A stretch of 64,000 nucleotides of DNA from Proteiniborus sp. (GTDB lineage Bacteria > Bacillota > Clostridia > Tissierellales > Proteiniboraceae): NCBI RefSeq assembly GCF_040308045.1, contig NZ_JAWRHZ010000060.1, positions 41,197 to 105,196 of the forward strand. The letters are read 5' to 3'. A program made the translations under genes and the position numbers. Within the stretch, counting starts at the first letter, position 1, and each line of letters begins with the position of its first letter. Below the pieces are notes generated by a model. That model saw only the letters and a list, made by a program, of their open reading frames with translations. It was not told where the DNA came from and did no database searches. Shown piece by piece: positions 10,034 through 18,898 of this stretch.

Positions 10034-10813
10034 ATGAAAAAAGGAATTGTTGTGGTTAGCTTTGGCACTAGTTTTGAAGAAACTAGAAGATTATGCATTG
10101 AAAGCATAGAAAGTAAAATAAGAAAAGGGTTTAGTGAATACCAAGTAGAGAGAGCATTTACTTCTCAAATGGTAATCAATAAGCTAAGAAAACGAGATGG
10201 TATATTAGTAAATAATGTAACAGAAGCATTACAGAAAATGAAACAAGAAGGGATTAATGAAATATTTTTACAGTCTCTCCACATAATACCTGGACATGAG
10301 TACAATAAGCTTTTAAGGCAGGTTGAATTGTTTATAGAAAAGAACAATGACATCGCTATGCATGTAGGGAAACCATTACTATATGATGATGTTGATTATG
10401 AGAAGGTAGTTAAGTCAATTGAAATCAAAAACCTAAATCATAATGAGGCTGTTGTTTTTATGGGGCATGGAACTGACCATAGTTCGGATAACAGCTATGA
10501 TTTATTAGAGAAACATTTTAGAAAAGAGTATTCAGACAATATATTTATTGGAACAGTAGAAGGCAGTACCACATTAGAGCATTTAATACCTAAGCTTTTA
10601 GAAAAAAGAATAGCCAAAGTAAAGCTAATGCCTTTCATGCTTGTTGCAGGAGATCATGCAATAAACGATATGGCTGGTGATGAAGATGATTCATGGAAGA
10701 ATAAACTAATAAGTAATGATTTCAAAGTAGAAATAGACTTAAGAGGTTTAGGTGAGAACATTAAAATTCAGGATATATTTGTATCTCATCTAAAAGATAC
10801 TATAAACAATTAA
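10034..10813 (+). CDS. cbiK: Sirohydrochlorin cobaltochelatase (anaerobic)
   Basis: 259 aa. MKKGIVVVSFGTSFEETR N-terminus, MGHGTDH and LVAGDHA motifs typical of CbiK. SD AAAGGAGG. Confidence 0.9.
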   Translation: MKKGIVVVSFGTSFEETRRLCIESIESKIRKGFSEYQVERAFTSQMVINKLRKRDGILVNNVTEALQKMKQEGINEIFLQSLHIIPGHEYNKLLRQVELFIEKNNDIAMHVGKPLLYDDVDYEKVVKSIEIKNLNHNEAVVFMGHGTDHSSDNSYDLLEKHFRKEYSDNIFIGTVEGSTTLEHLIPKLLEKRIAKVKLMPFMLVAGDHAINDMAGDEDDSWKNKLISNDFKVEIDLRGLGENIKIQDIFVSHLKDTINN

Positions 10814-10842
10814 TATTTATAAAATACTAGGAGGAATAACTT

Positions 10843-11895
10843 ATGAAAAAATCAAGAATAATGTCACTATTATTAATTATTGTAATGGTTAGCGCAATCT
10901 TTACAGGTTGCAATAAAAACACTGGAGTAGAAAACAACACACCAAGTAGCACTAATGAAAGCAACAGTGAAGAAGTAAAAACAAATGAAGATTCAGAATC
11001 AAAAGAAATAGTATCTGAGTATAGAGTAACTGTTAATAAAGATAATGTAGTATTTACAGATGCTAGAGGAGAAGAAGTAACTATAAAAAAGAATCCTCAA
11101 AGAGTAGTTTGCTTATACAACTCTTATCTTGATATTTGGGATAGCTGTGGCGGAAAAGTTATAGGTAGAGTAGAAGAATCTGAAGATAAGCCTGTTGAAA
11201 ATGCTATGTCAGCTGAAGTTGTTGGAACTGCAGGCGCTCCAAGTCTTGAGAAAATATTAGCATTAGAGCCAGACCTAGTTATTGTAACTAATGGATTTAA
11301 AGTACAAGCAGAAATGGCACCAGTATTAGAGCAAAATAATATTCAAGTTATATCCATAGTTAATGATTATTTGGAAGACTACTATAGAACAGTAAGACTT
11401 TTCACAGGTATAACAGAGAGAGAAGATTTATATGAAAAGCATATTAATGAAGTTAAAAAAGGTGTAGATGCAGTAGTAGAAAAGGCACCTAAAGATAAAA
11501 ACTACAAGACTTTAATAGTGTTTGCTACAGCGAAAAATATTACTGTAAGAAACTCTGAATCAATGGTAGGAGAAATGCTTAAAGATTTAAATACTATAAA
11601 TATATCTGATTCAGAAACTAACCCAGAAAACGCCAAAACATTTAGTATGGAGAAAATAATACAAGAAGACCCTGACTTTATATTTGTACAAACTATGGGA
11701 AGCGACAAAGAAAAAATAATGGAAAGATTAAAGCAAGATGTTGAAGATAATCCAGCTTGGGCATCACTTACTGCAGTTAAGGAAGGAAGATATATAGTTC
11801 TTCCAAAAGACTTGTATTTATACAAGCCAAATGCAAGATATGCAGAGGCATATGAGGGCTTAGCAAAAATACTTTATCCAGAAATATTTAATTAA
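10843..11895 (+). CDS. ABC importer substrate-binding lipoprotein, FecB/BtuF (cluster A-II) type
   Basis: Lipobox IFTGC and a Ser/Asn/Glu-rich linker. Periplasmic binding protein type 2 features (RVVCLYNSYLDIW, EPDLVIV). Lies downstream of the B12 riboswitch. Confidence 0.85.
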   Translation: MKKSRIMSLLLIIVMVSAIFTGCNKNTGVENNTPSSTNESNSEEVKTNEDSESKEIVSEYRVTVNKDNVVFTDARGEEVTIKKNPQRVVCLYNSYLDIWDSCGGKVIGRVEESEDKPVENAMSAEVVGTAGAPSLEKILALEPDLVIVTNGFKVQAEMAPVLEQNNIQVISIVNDYLEDYYRTVRLFTGITEREDLYEKHINEVKKGVDAVVEKAPKDKNYKTLIVFATAKNITVRNSESMVGEMLKDLNTINISDSETNPENAKTFSMEKIIQEDPDFIFVQTMGSDKEKIMERLKQDVEDNPAWASLTAVKEGRYIVLPKDLYLYKPNARYAEAYEGLAKILYPEIFN

Positions 11896-11904
11896 TAAAA
11901 ACAT

Positions 11905-11933
11905 GGCTGTATAGTCTTTAAGACTATACAGCC
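11905..11933 (+). promoter_or_regulatory. Intercistronic perfect 12-bp stem-loop between the binding-protein and permease genes
   Basis: GGCTGTATAGTC-TTTAA-GACTATACAGCC with no T-run after it. Likely an mRNA stabiliser or partial terminator that favours binding-protein excess. Confidence 0.55.
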
Positions 11934-11971
11934 TATAGATAAAATGTTAATACTAAGGGGAATTGAAAAAC

Positions 11972-12976
11972 ATGACCAGCAGTAATACAAAAAACGAAGG
12001 TATCAAAAAAAAGTTTGTTTTGTTTATTTTCATATGTATTTTCGTAGTCAGCTTTTTTATAAGTATAGGAAATGGAGCTGTGAATATATCTCCTAAGGAA
12101 ATAATTAATTCCATATTTTTTGATAAATCTACAGTAAACTATCAAATAATATGGAATGTTAGATTGCCTAGAACCATAGTAGCTGCATTTGTTGGCACAT
12201 GTCTAGCTTTATCTGGAGCTATACTACAGGGAGTTATGAGAAATCCTTTAGCAGGACCTAATATAATTGGAGTTTCATCTGGCGCAGGGCTTATGACATT
12301 GATTATTTTAATACTTCTTCCAGATTTTTATTATTTAGCACCTATAGGAGCATTTACAGGAGCATTATTAGCTACTTTATTTATATATTTTTTAGCTTGG
12401 AAGGAGGGGGTAGTTCCTACTCGTTTAATACTAGCAGGTGTGGCAGTCTCTTCACTATTGGGGGCAGGAACAAATGCAATAATGACTTTTTTTCCAAACA
12501 AGGTAGCTGGAGTTATTGGATTTATGGTTGGTGGCCTTTCTGCAACTAATTGGAAACATGTAACTACTATATTTCCATATGCAACAATAGGAATTATTTT
12601 GCTTTTATTTATACCAAACAAACTAAATATTTTAATGTTAGGAGATGAAGTAGCAACAGGTCTTGGAGTAAATGTAGAGAAAACTAGATTCATGTTTATT
12701 ATAATCTCATCACTATTAGCAGGTAGTGCAGTTAGTGTTGTAGGACTTTTAGGGTTTGTAGGACTTATAGTGCCACATATGACTAGATTATTTATAGGTT
12801 CAGATTATAGATATTTGCTGCCAGCATCTATTTTTACAGGCTCTAGTATAGTAATGCTCTGTGATACAGTAGCAAGACTTTTATTTGCTCCGACGGAAAT
12901 ACCTGTGGGAATTATAATGTCAGTATTAGGTGCTCCATTTTTCTTATATTTACTTAGAAGAAAGGGAGAGTATTAA
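11972..12976 (+). CDS. ABC importer permease, FecCD/BtuC family
   Basis: About 334 aa, multi-TM, with typical RLPRT and GVSSGAGL motifs. ATG 11972 sits about 10 nt after AAGGGGA; the track start TTG 11963 abuts the SD. Confidence 0.85.
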   Translation: MTSSNTKNEGIKKKFVLFIFICIFVVSFFISIGNGAVNISPKEIINSIFFDKSTVNYQIIWNVRLPRTIVAAFVGTCLALSGAILQGVMRNPLAGPNIIGVSSGAGLMTLIILILLPDFYYLAPIGAFTGALLATLFIYFLAWKEGVVPTRLILAGVAVSSLLGAGTNAIMTFFPNKVAGVIGFMVGGLSATNWKHVTTIFPYATIGIILLLFIPNKLNILMLGDEVATGLGVNVEKTRFMFIIISSLLAGSAVSVVGLLGFVGLIVPHMTRLFIGSDYRYLLPASIFTGSSIVMLCDTVARLLFAPTEIPVGIIMSVLGAPFFLYLLRRKGEY

Positions 12977-12977
12977 C

Positions 12978-13760
12978 ATGAAAATGAAGATTGAAAACAT
13001 AAGCGTAAATTATGGAGATAAAAAAGCGGTTAAGAATGTTAATTTTGAAATAAATTCTGGACAAATAGTAACTATAATAGGACCTAATGGCTCGGGAAAA
13101 TCTACTTTACTCAAAGCTATGAGCAGATGTTTAAAGCCATCTGAAGGCAATATTTATATAGATGAAACTAATATAAACCTAATTAATACTAAGGTTATTG
13201 CACAAAAATTGGCTATATTACCACAAGTAAAGAATGTATCCTCAGATGTTTCTGTAGAAGAGTTAGTATCCTATGGTCGATACCCACATTTGAAGTTTGG
13301 AAAAAGACTAAGAAAAGAGGATATGGAGATAGTAGACTGGGCCTTAGAAAAGACAGGACTTTGTTCTCTGCGAAAGAGATTTGTCGCAACACTTTCTGGA
13401 GGAGAAAGACAGAGAGCGTGGATAGCTATGTCCTTAGCCCAAAAGCCTAAAATACTTTTACTTGATGAGCCTACAACATTTCTTGACATATCTTATCAGG
13501 TAGAAGTTTTAGAGCTGGTAAAAGAATTAAATGAAACCTTAGGTTTGACTGTAGTCATGGTTCTACATGATTTAAATCAAGCTGCAAGGTATTCGGATAC
13601 AATTCTGGTGATAAAAGATGGAGAATTATGTGAATTAGGAGCACCAAATGAAATAATTAAAAAATGCTTATTGAAAAATGTTTTTAGGATAGATGCAGAT
13701 ATATATGAGGATAAGATAAATAATTGTCCATACTTTATTCCTAAAAAGACTATTGCTTAA
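12978..13760 (+). CDS. ABC importer ATP-binding protein, FecE/BtuD type
   Basis: Walker A GPNGSGKST, SGGERQR, LLLDEP. ATG 12978 follows AAGGGAGAG; the track start 12930 would overlap the permease by 47 nt. Confidence 0.85.
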   Translation: MKMKIENISVNYGDKKAVKNVNFEINSGQIVTIIGPNGSGKSTLLKAMSRCLKPSEGNIYIDETNINLINTKVIAQKLAILPQVKNVSSDVSVEELVSYGRYPHLKFGKRLRKEDMEIVDWALEKTGLCSLRKRFVATLSGGERQRAWIAMSLAQKPKILLLDEPTTFLDISYQVEVLELVKELNETLGLTVVMVLHDLNQAARYSDTILVIKDGELCELGAPNEIIKKCLLKNVFRIDADIYEDKINNCPYFIPKKTIA

Positions 13761-13786
13761 ATAAAAGATTTTGGAAGTGATACTTT

Positions 13787-14623
13787 ATGATACAAATAAA
13801 CAATGTTACAAAAAAGTTTGATGATTTTATCGCTGTAAATAATGTGAGCTTAAATATCGATGATGGAGATTTTATAGGACTTTTAGGTCCAAACGGAGCA
13901 GGAAAAACTACAATTATAAAAATGCTTACAGGACTATTGAAACCAACCTGTGGAGATATATACATTAACGGTCAGAAAATGACCAGAAATAATAAGGACG
14001 TAAAAAAAATATTAGGAATAGTGCCTCAATATACTAATCTAGATAAAGAACTTACAGCATATGAGAATTTAGTTTTTGCAGCAAAGCTTTTTAGAGTTAA
14101 GGATTATAAAAAAAAGATATTTGAACTTTTAGAGTTTATGGAGTTAGAAGGTTATAAAGATAGAAAAGCTATGAACCTTTCAGGTGGTATGGCAAGACGA
14201 TTAATGATTGCAAAAGCATTAATAAATGATCCAGAGATTATATTTTTAGACGAGCCTACTGTAGGTATAGATTTAAATGGCAGAAGAAAAATATGGGATA
14301 TACTGAAGGCAATGAAAGCCATGGGTAAAACTATTTTGCTAACTACCCATTATATTGAAGAGGCAGATTATCTTTGTAATAAGGTATGTTTAATAGACAA
14401 AGGAAAAATAATTGACAAGGATACTCCTGATAACCTTAAGAAAGACTTGGGAGCTTACACTATGGAGTACTTTGATAATGAGATGAAAACCAAATACAAA
14501 TTTTTTAAGAATAAAGAAGAAGTAATAAAATATACTACCGAAATTATGAGTTCAAATTATACTCTTAGGGAGACTACATTAGAAGATGTATTTTATAATT
14601 TTACAAATAGGAAGGTAATATAA
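13787..14623 (+). CDS. ABC-2 type exporter ATP-binding protein
   Basis: 278 aa. GPNGAGKTT, LSGGMARR, IIFLDEPTVGID. Confidence 0.8.
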   Translation: MIQINNVTKKFDDFIAVNNVSLNIDDGDFIGLLGPNGAGKTTIIKMLTGLLKPTCGDIYINGQKMTRNNKDVKKILGIVPQYTNLDKELTAYENLVFAAKLFRVKDYKKKIFELLEFMELEGYKDRKAMNLSGGMARRLMIAKALINDPEIIFLDEPTVGIDLNGRRKIWDILKAMKAMGKTILLTTHYIEEADYLCNKVCLIDKGKIIDKDTPDNLKKDLGAYTMEYFDNEMKTKYKFFKNKEEVIKYTTEIMSSNYTLRETTLEDVFYNFTNRKVI

Positions 14624-14624
14624 A

Positions 14625-15359
14625 ATGGAAGTACTTACTGTAATGTGGAGAGAATTTATTTTTTTCAAAAGAAGAATTGGCAAGATTACTTCTAGTGCTT
14701 TAATGAATCCTATTTTATACCTTATAGCATTTGGTTGGGGACTTGGAAGAGATGTGACAATAGAAGGGGCAACTTATATGCACTTTATTATACCAGGCAT
14801 AATAGCTCTTTCTACTATGAACACTAGCTTTAACGCAGTAGCTATGAGGATAAATATATCTAAATTACATGAGAAAAGCTTTGAATACTATTTAACCTCT
14901 CCTGTTAGAATGCCATTAATGGCATTAGGACATATATTATCAGGAGCCTTAAGAGGTATATATGCAACTGTACTAATTGTACTTGTATCCTATGTTTTTG
15001 GAATCAAGATAAATATAAATGGTTACTTTTTATTAATTTGTTTTTTAAACAGCTTCTTATTTTCTGCATTTGGATATGGTGCAGCCTTATCAATAGATAG
15101 CCATTATGATATGAATAGATTCACAACTTATATAATGACACCTATGTCTTTTTTATGTGGAACTTTTTTCTCTTTGAACAACTTACCTTTAGCCATAAAG
15201 AAAATAATAAATATTTTACCTCTTTCTCATGCATCTGTTTCCTTAAGGAGTATCGTTTTAAGAGGAGAATTTGACTATAAATCTATTTTTGTACTTTTTA
15301 CATATTCTGTTATTTTTTACTTTTTTGGAGTTTATATGAGCTTCAGAGAGATGAAGTAG
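14625..15359 (+). CDS. ABC-2 type exporter permease
   Basis: 244 aa, 6 hydrophobic segments. Starts 1 nt after the ATPase stop. Confidence 0.75.
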   Translation: MEVLTVMWREFIFFKRRIGKITSSALMNPILYLIAFGWGLGRDVTIEGATYMHFIIPGIIALSTMNTSFNAVAMRINISKLHEKSFEYYLTSPVRMPLMALGHILSGALRGIYATVLIVLVSYVFGIKININGYFLLICFLNSFLFSAFGYGAALSIDSHYDMNRFTTYIMTPMSFLCGTFFSLNNLPLAIKKIINILPLSHASVSLRSIVLRGEFDYKSIFVLFTYSVIFYFFGVYMSFREMK

Positions 15360-15544
15360 AAACTATGCAATGTATATATCCAAATTGAAGGAAGCATAGA
15401 GGAGAAAATATGATATAATTTGTTTAAATAAATATACATTAATCATTTGTAACTTATAAATTTGCTTATTTTATATAAATAGGAGGTGAAGATTTAGTGA
15501 GTTTGAGTAGTAGTTATAAGACTCATACCAGCTAAAGAAAATTC

Positions 15545-16135
15545 ATGAAATTCATTTTAGTTAGACATGGAGAAACAGAAGCAAATATAGGTGGTATATA
15601 CAGTGGATGGACGGATTTTCCTCTTACTGAAAAAGGCAGTAAAGCTATAAAAGCTACTGCTGAGGCATTGAAAAGATATGAAAATATAGAAATAATATAT
15701 TCAAGTCCTTTAAACAGGGCATTAACTACTGCCAAGGTCATATCAGCATCAATAAATAAAGAAATAAAGATAGTTGACAATTTAAGAGAGATGAATTTTG
15801 GAATATTTGATGGTAAAGAAAGAAGGCATATCCAAGAAAGTTATGCTAAAGAGTGGAAGTCCTGGATTGAAGATTATGTCAACTATAGAATACCAGAAGG
15901 AGAAAATCTGATAGACGTCTATAATAGAATAAAAGATTTTATAAACAAGCTTATTGAAGAAGATAAGGATTCAATAATAGTAACCCATGGAGGTATTATC
16001 CAGACTATGATTACATACCTTCTTGATTTAGGTTTAGATAAAATATGGCGTTTTCAATGTCCACCTGCTGGATATGTTGAGATAGAGTATATAGATAAAT
16101 TTGGGTATATAAAAAGGTTAACTAGCTGCAGCTAA
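15545..16135 (+). CDS. cobC: Histidine-phosphatase family protein, alpha-ribazole phosphatase type
   Basis: 196 aa. LVRHGETEAN catalytic RHG motif and a later TH(G)G. Lies in a B12 context. Confidence 0.8.
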   Translation: MKFILVRHGETEANIGGIYSGWTDFPLTEKGSKAIKATAEALKRYENIEIIYSSPLNRALTTAKVISASINKEIKIVDNLREMNFGIFDGKERRHIQESYAKEWKSWIEDYVNYRIPEGENLIDVYNRIKDFINKLIEEDKDSIIVTHGGIIQTMITYLLDLGLDKIWRFQCPPAGYVEIEYIDKFGYIKRLTSCS

Positions 16136-16232
16136 AAGTATTGAGCTAGTAGAATCTATAAACTTTATAAATCATTTTAAGTTACTTTTTATAAATAATC
16201 TAGAGAAAAGTTTAAATAAAGGGATTTTTTGT

Positions 16233-16943
16233 TTGTATCATTACCATAACAAGCAAAAAGTCCCTTTAGTTTTTCTAATTCTTTTTTTATATGAAAAAGC
16301 TAAATCCTTTATCAAAAAAGCAGGAAGCATTATTTTTGTAGCTTGTGTTGTGTTATGGATACTTCAATCATTTAGCTTCTCACTACAGTATTTAGAAGGA
16401 GAAATGATAGAACAAAGCATGTTAGCCAAGATTGGAGAAAGCATCAAATGGATATTTATTCCTCTTGGATTTGGAGATTCTTGGGCACCAGCTGTTGCTA
16501 CATTTACTGGACTTATTGCTAAAGAAGTTGTAGTAGCAACGTTTGCATCTGTTGGGTCAGTAATTGATATTACCTTTACACAAGTAACGGCCTTTGCTTT
16601 TATGGTATTTACTATATTTGCAGCTCCTTGCTTTGCGGCTATAGGAGCTATGAGAAGAGAATTTGGGAATTGGAAATGGACACTTTTTGCTATTGGATAC
16701 CAAACAGGATTAGCATATATATTAGCACTAATTGTCAATGTTGTTGGGGGAATAATATTTAAAGGAACTGAAGCGACTGTACCAAAAGTACTAGATATTG
16801 GAGCAATGGAAGCTGCATCTGAGGGAGTAGTCATTAATGGTGACATTGTACTAATTGTTTTTGGAGTTATACTTGCAATTGCTTTAGCAATAGGAATTAT
16901 TAGCCATTTAAATTCTAAAAAGCATGTTGTTGCTTCAGAATAG
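16233..16943 (+). pseudogene. feoB: 3' remnant of ferrous iron transporter FeoB (C-terminal membrane part only)
   Basis: From about EKAKSFIKKAGSIIFVACVVLWILQSF to the end, the ORF matches the last roughly 215 aa of FeoB. No G-domain or first membrane half is encoded upstream: 16136-16232 is AT-rich non-coding sequence. Confidence 0.7.
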
Positions 16944-16957
16944 AGGTGACCTAGATT

Positions 16958-17110
16958 ATGGTAGATTATATTATTGTTGCTTTAATTGGTGTAGGATTAT
17001 TTTTCTCTATAATGAGCATAAGAAGAAATAGACAGAAAGGTGGTTGCGCAGGTTGTAGCGGTTGCAATAGTTGTAGCAGTTGTAGCAGCTGCCATAATTT
17101 AAAGAATTAA
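16958..17110 (+). CDS. FeoB-associated Cys-rich small membrane protein (50 aa)
   Basis: Not in the track (<60 aa). SD AGAGGTGA lies 8 nt before ATG 16958. MVDYIIVALIGVGLFFSIMSIRRNRQKGGCAGCSGCNSCSSCSSCHNLKN: one TM segment followed by a CxxC-rich tail. Confidence 0.7.
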   Translation: MVDYIIVALIGVGLFFSIMSIRRNRQKGGCAGCSGCNSCSSCSSCHNLKN

Positions 17111-17210
17111 TGAAACAAACTAATAATAAAAATATACTTGCTTTAAAGATAAGGCTTTAAAAGGAGTAAAATTCTACATTATAAATTTTATTTGAAACGT
17201 TAAATTATGA

Positions 17211-17250
17211 AATACCTAAAGATAGAAATAATAATCTTTAGGTATTTTAT
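17211..17250 (+). terminator. Intrinsic terminator
   Basis: AATACCTAAAGA...TCTTTAGGTATT 12-bp stem followed by a T-run. Confidence 0.7.
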
Positions 17251-17397
17251 TTCTTAAGATGTCTATATTGATTTTCATCTATAAAATTGATAAGCTTTCA
17301 TTAAGGACATATAAGGTAAAAGGAACTATAGAGTAGAATCAAGCAGGTTTTAGATAATTAAATTTTAATAAAAAAAGTTATAATAGAGGTGATTTGT

Positions 17398-18204
17398 TTG
17401 AATATACTAGTTACTTTGGATTCTAATTATATTAAACCTTTGAAAGTCATGCTTAAATCACTTTTTCTCAATAATCCAGAAGAAAAGTTTGCTATTTATT
17501 TAATGCAGTCCAGTATTAGTCAGGAAGAATTACAAAATTTAAGTGATTATATAGAAAAACATGGTAGCAGATTAGAAGTAGTAGATATTGATGATAATTA
17601 TTTTGATGATGCGCCTATTCTTCTTCATTACACTAAAGCAATGTACTATCGCTTATTGGCATACAAATTTTTGCCTAAAGAACTTGATAGAATACTATAC
17701 TTAGATCCTGATATTCTTGTTATAAATCCAATTAAAGAGCTTTATAATACAAATATCAGTGATTATTTGTATGCAGCGGCATACCATGACTTTATTTCTG
17801 TTAAAGAAGTGAATAAAATAAGACTAAACCCTTATAAGATTGATGCATATTATAACTCTGGGGTACTTCTAATGAATCTAGAACAACAAAGGCAATCTAT
17901 TGATGACAAGCGTATATTTGGGTTTGTTGAAGAAAATCGTTCAAAATTGATTATGCCAGATCAAGATATACTAAATGCATTATACTCTAAAAACATAAAA
18001 ACACTAGATGAAATTCTGTATAATTATGATGCAAGATATTATCGCTACTACAAAATTAAGAGTAGTGGTATTCATGATATGGATTATGTTATAAATAATA
18101 CTGTAATTCTCCATTTTTGCGGAAAGAGAAAGCCATGGAAGAAAAGATATAGTGGAAAATTTCATTCTTTATATAAGCACTATGAAAGGTTGGCAATATA
18201 TTAG
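17398..18204 (+). CDS. Glycosyltransferase family 8 (GspA/LPS 1,3-galactosyltransferase-like)
   Basis: NILVTLDSNYIKPLKVMLKSL N-terminus, YLDPDILV (DxD) and HFCGKRKPW motifs. TTG 17398 sits 5 nt after AGAGGTGA; the track start GTG 17389 lies inside the SD. Confidence 0.8.
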   Translation: MNILVTLDSNYIKPLKVMLKSLFLNNPEEKFAIYLMQSSISQEELQNLSDYIEKHGSRLEVVDIDDNYFDDAPILLHYTKAMYYRLLAYKFLPKELDRILYLDPDILVINPIKELYNTNISDYLYAAAYHDFISVKEVNKIRLNPYKIDAYYNSGVLLMNLEQQRQSIDDKRIFGFVEENRSKLIMPDQDILNALYSKNIKTLDEILYNYDARYYRYYKIKSSGIHDMDYVINNTVILHFCGKRKPWKKRYSGKFHSLYKHYERLAIY

Positions 18205-18242
18205 TCTTGTAACTAAAAAGGTTTAGTTGAAAAAACAAAAAA

Positions 18243-18282
18243 TTGCTCCTTAACTTAAGATTTATATTAAGCTAAGGAGCAA
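18243..18282 (-). terminator. Intrinsic terminator of the peroxiredoxin gene
   Basis: 14-bp stem TTGCTCCTTAACTT / AAGCTAAGGAGCAA with one mismatch. A T-run follows on the minus strand only. Confidence 0.7.
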
Positions 18283-18286
18283 ATTA

Positions 18287-18898
18287 CTAGTCTTCAAAAG
18301 CCTCGCTAACTTTCCACTCTTTCCATACATTACCCACTAAATGTGGACCAGGTTTTAGAGTTGTCTTACCAGGTTTCCAACCTGAAGGTGTAACCTCTCC
18401 ACCTTTTGTAGCTCTAACAAGTTGAAAAGCTTTTATTTGTCTTATTGTTTCAGACACATTTCTGCCTACTGGTGGAGTAAGTACTTCAAATCCTTGAACT
18501 ATTCCATCTGGATCTATTATGAAACGTCCTCTAGTTTCTACACCACTATCCTCATCATAAATTCCATATAGCTTTCCTATATTACCATTTTGATCAGCTA
18601 CCATTGGGAATGGGATATCTTTTCCAATCATCTTAGATAATTCATGGTCATTCCACATTTTATGTACAAATGCAGAGTCTACACTTACAGAAAGAACTTC
18701 TACGCCTAATTCTTTTAATTCATTGTATTTTTCAGCAACTGCTGAAACTTCTGTAGCTCAGACAAAAGTAAAGTCTCCTGGGTAGAAGCAAAGTAGTACC
18801 CATTTTCCTTTATATTCTTCCAAATTAACATTTACGAACTTTCCATCAAAATATGCTGGTGCACTAAATAATGGTGCAGGTTTTCCTACTTTAATCAT
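18287..18898 (-). CDS. prxU: Selenocysteine-containing 2-Cys-type peroxiredoxin (Sec at the peroxidatic position, TGA at 18758-18760)
   Basis: Track ORFs 18758-19006 and 18287-18658 are in the same frame. Read-through gives ...[54 protein letters not shown]..., i.e. the Prx motif DFTFVCPTE with Cys replaced by TGA. The preferred start is ATG 18898 ([19 protein letters not shown] upstream), giving 203 codons. An alternative start is ATG 19006. Confidence 0.85.
18730..18747 (-). promoter_or_regulatory. SECIS-like hairpin downstream of the in-frame UGA
   Basis: The mRNA reads UGA-GCUACAGAAG-UUUCAGC-AGUU-GCUGAAA: a perfect 7-bp stem starting 10 nt after the UGA, with a G/U-containing tetraloop. 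Confidence 0.6.

Noticed and set aside
12331-12693. 120-aa minus-strand ORF in the permease gene
   Set aside because: Shadow of the FecCD permease. No SD and no recognisable motif.
12930-12977. Upstream extension of the FecE-type ATPase (track start 12930)
   Set aside because: It would overlap the permease by 47 nt. ATG 12978 has the SD AAGGGAGAG and gives the normal N-terminus.
16364-16846. 160-aa minus-strand ORF
   Set aside because: Antisense to the FeoB remnant, whose + frame carries clear FeoB C-terminal similarity.
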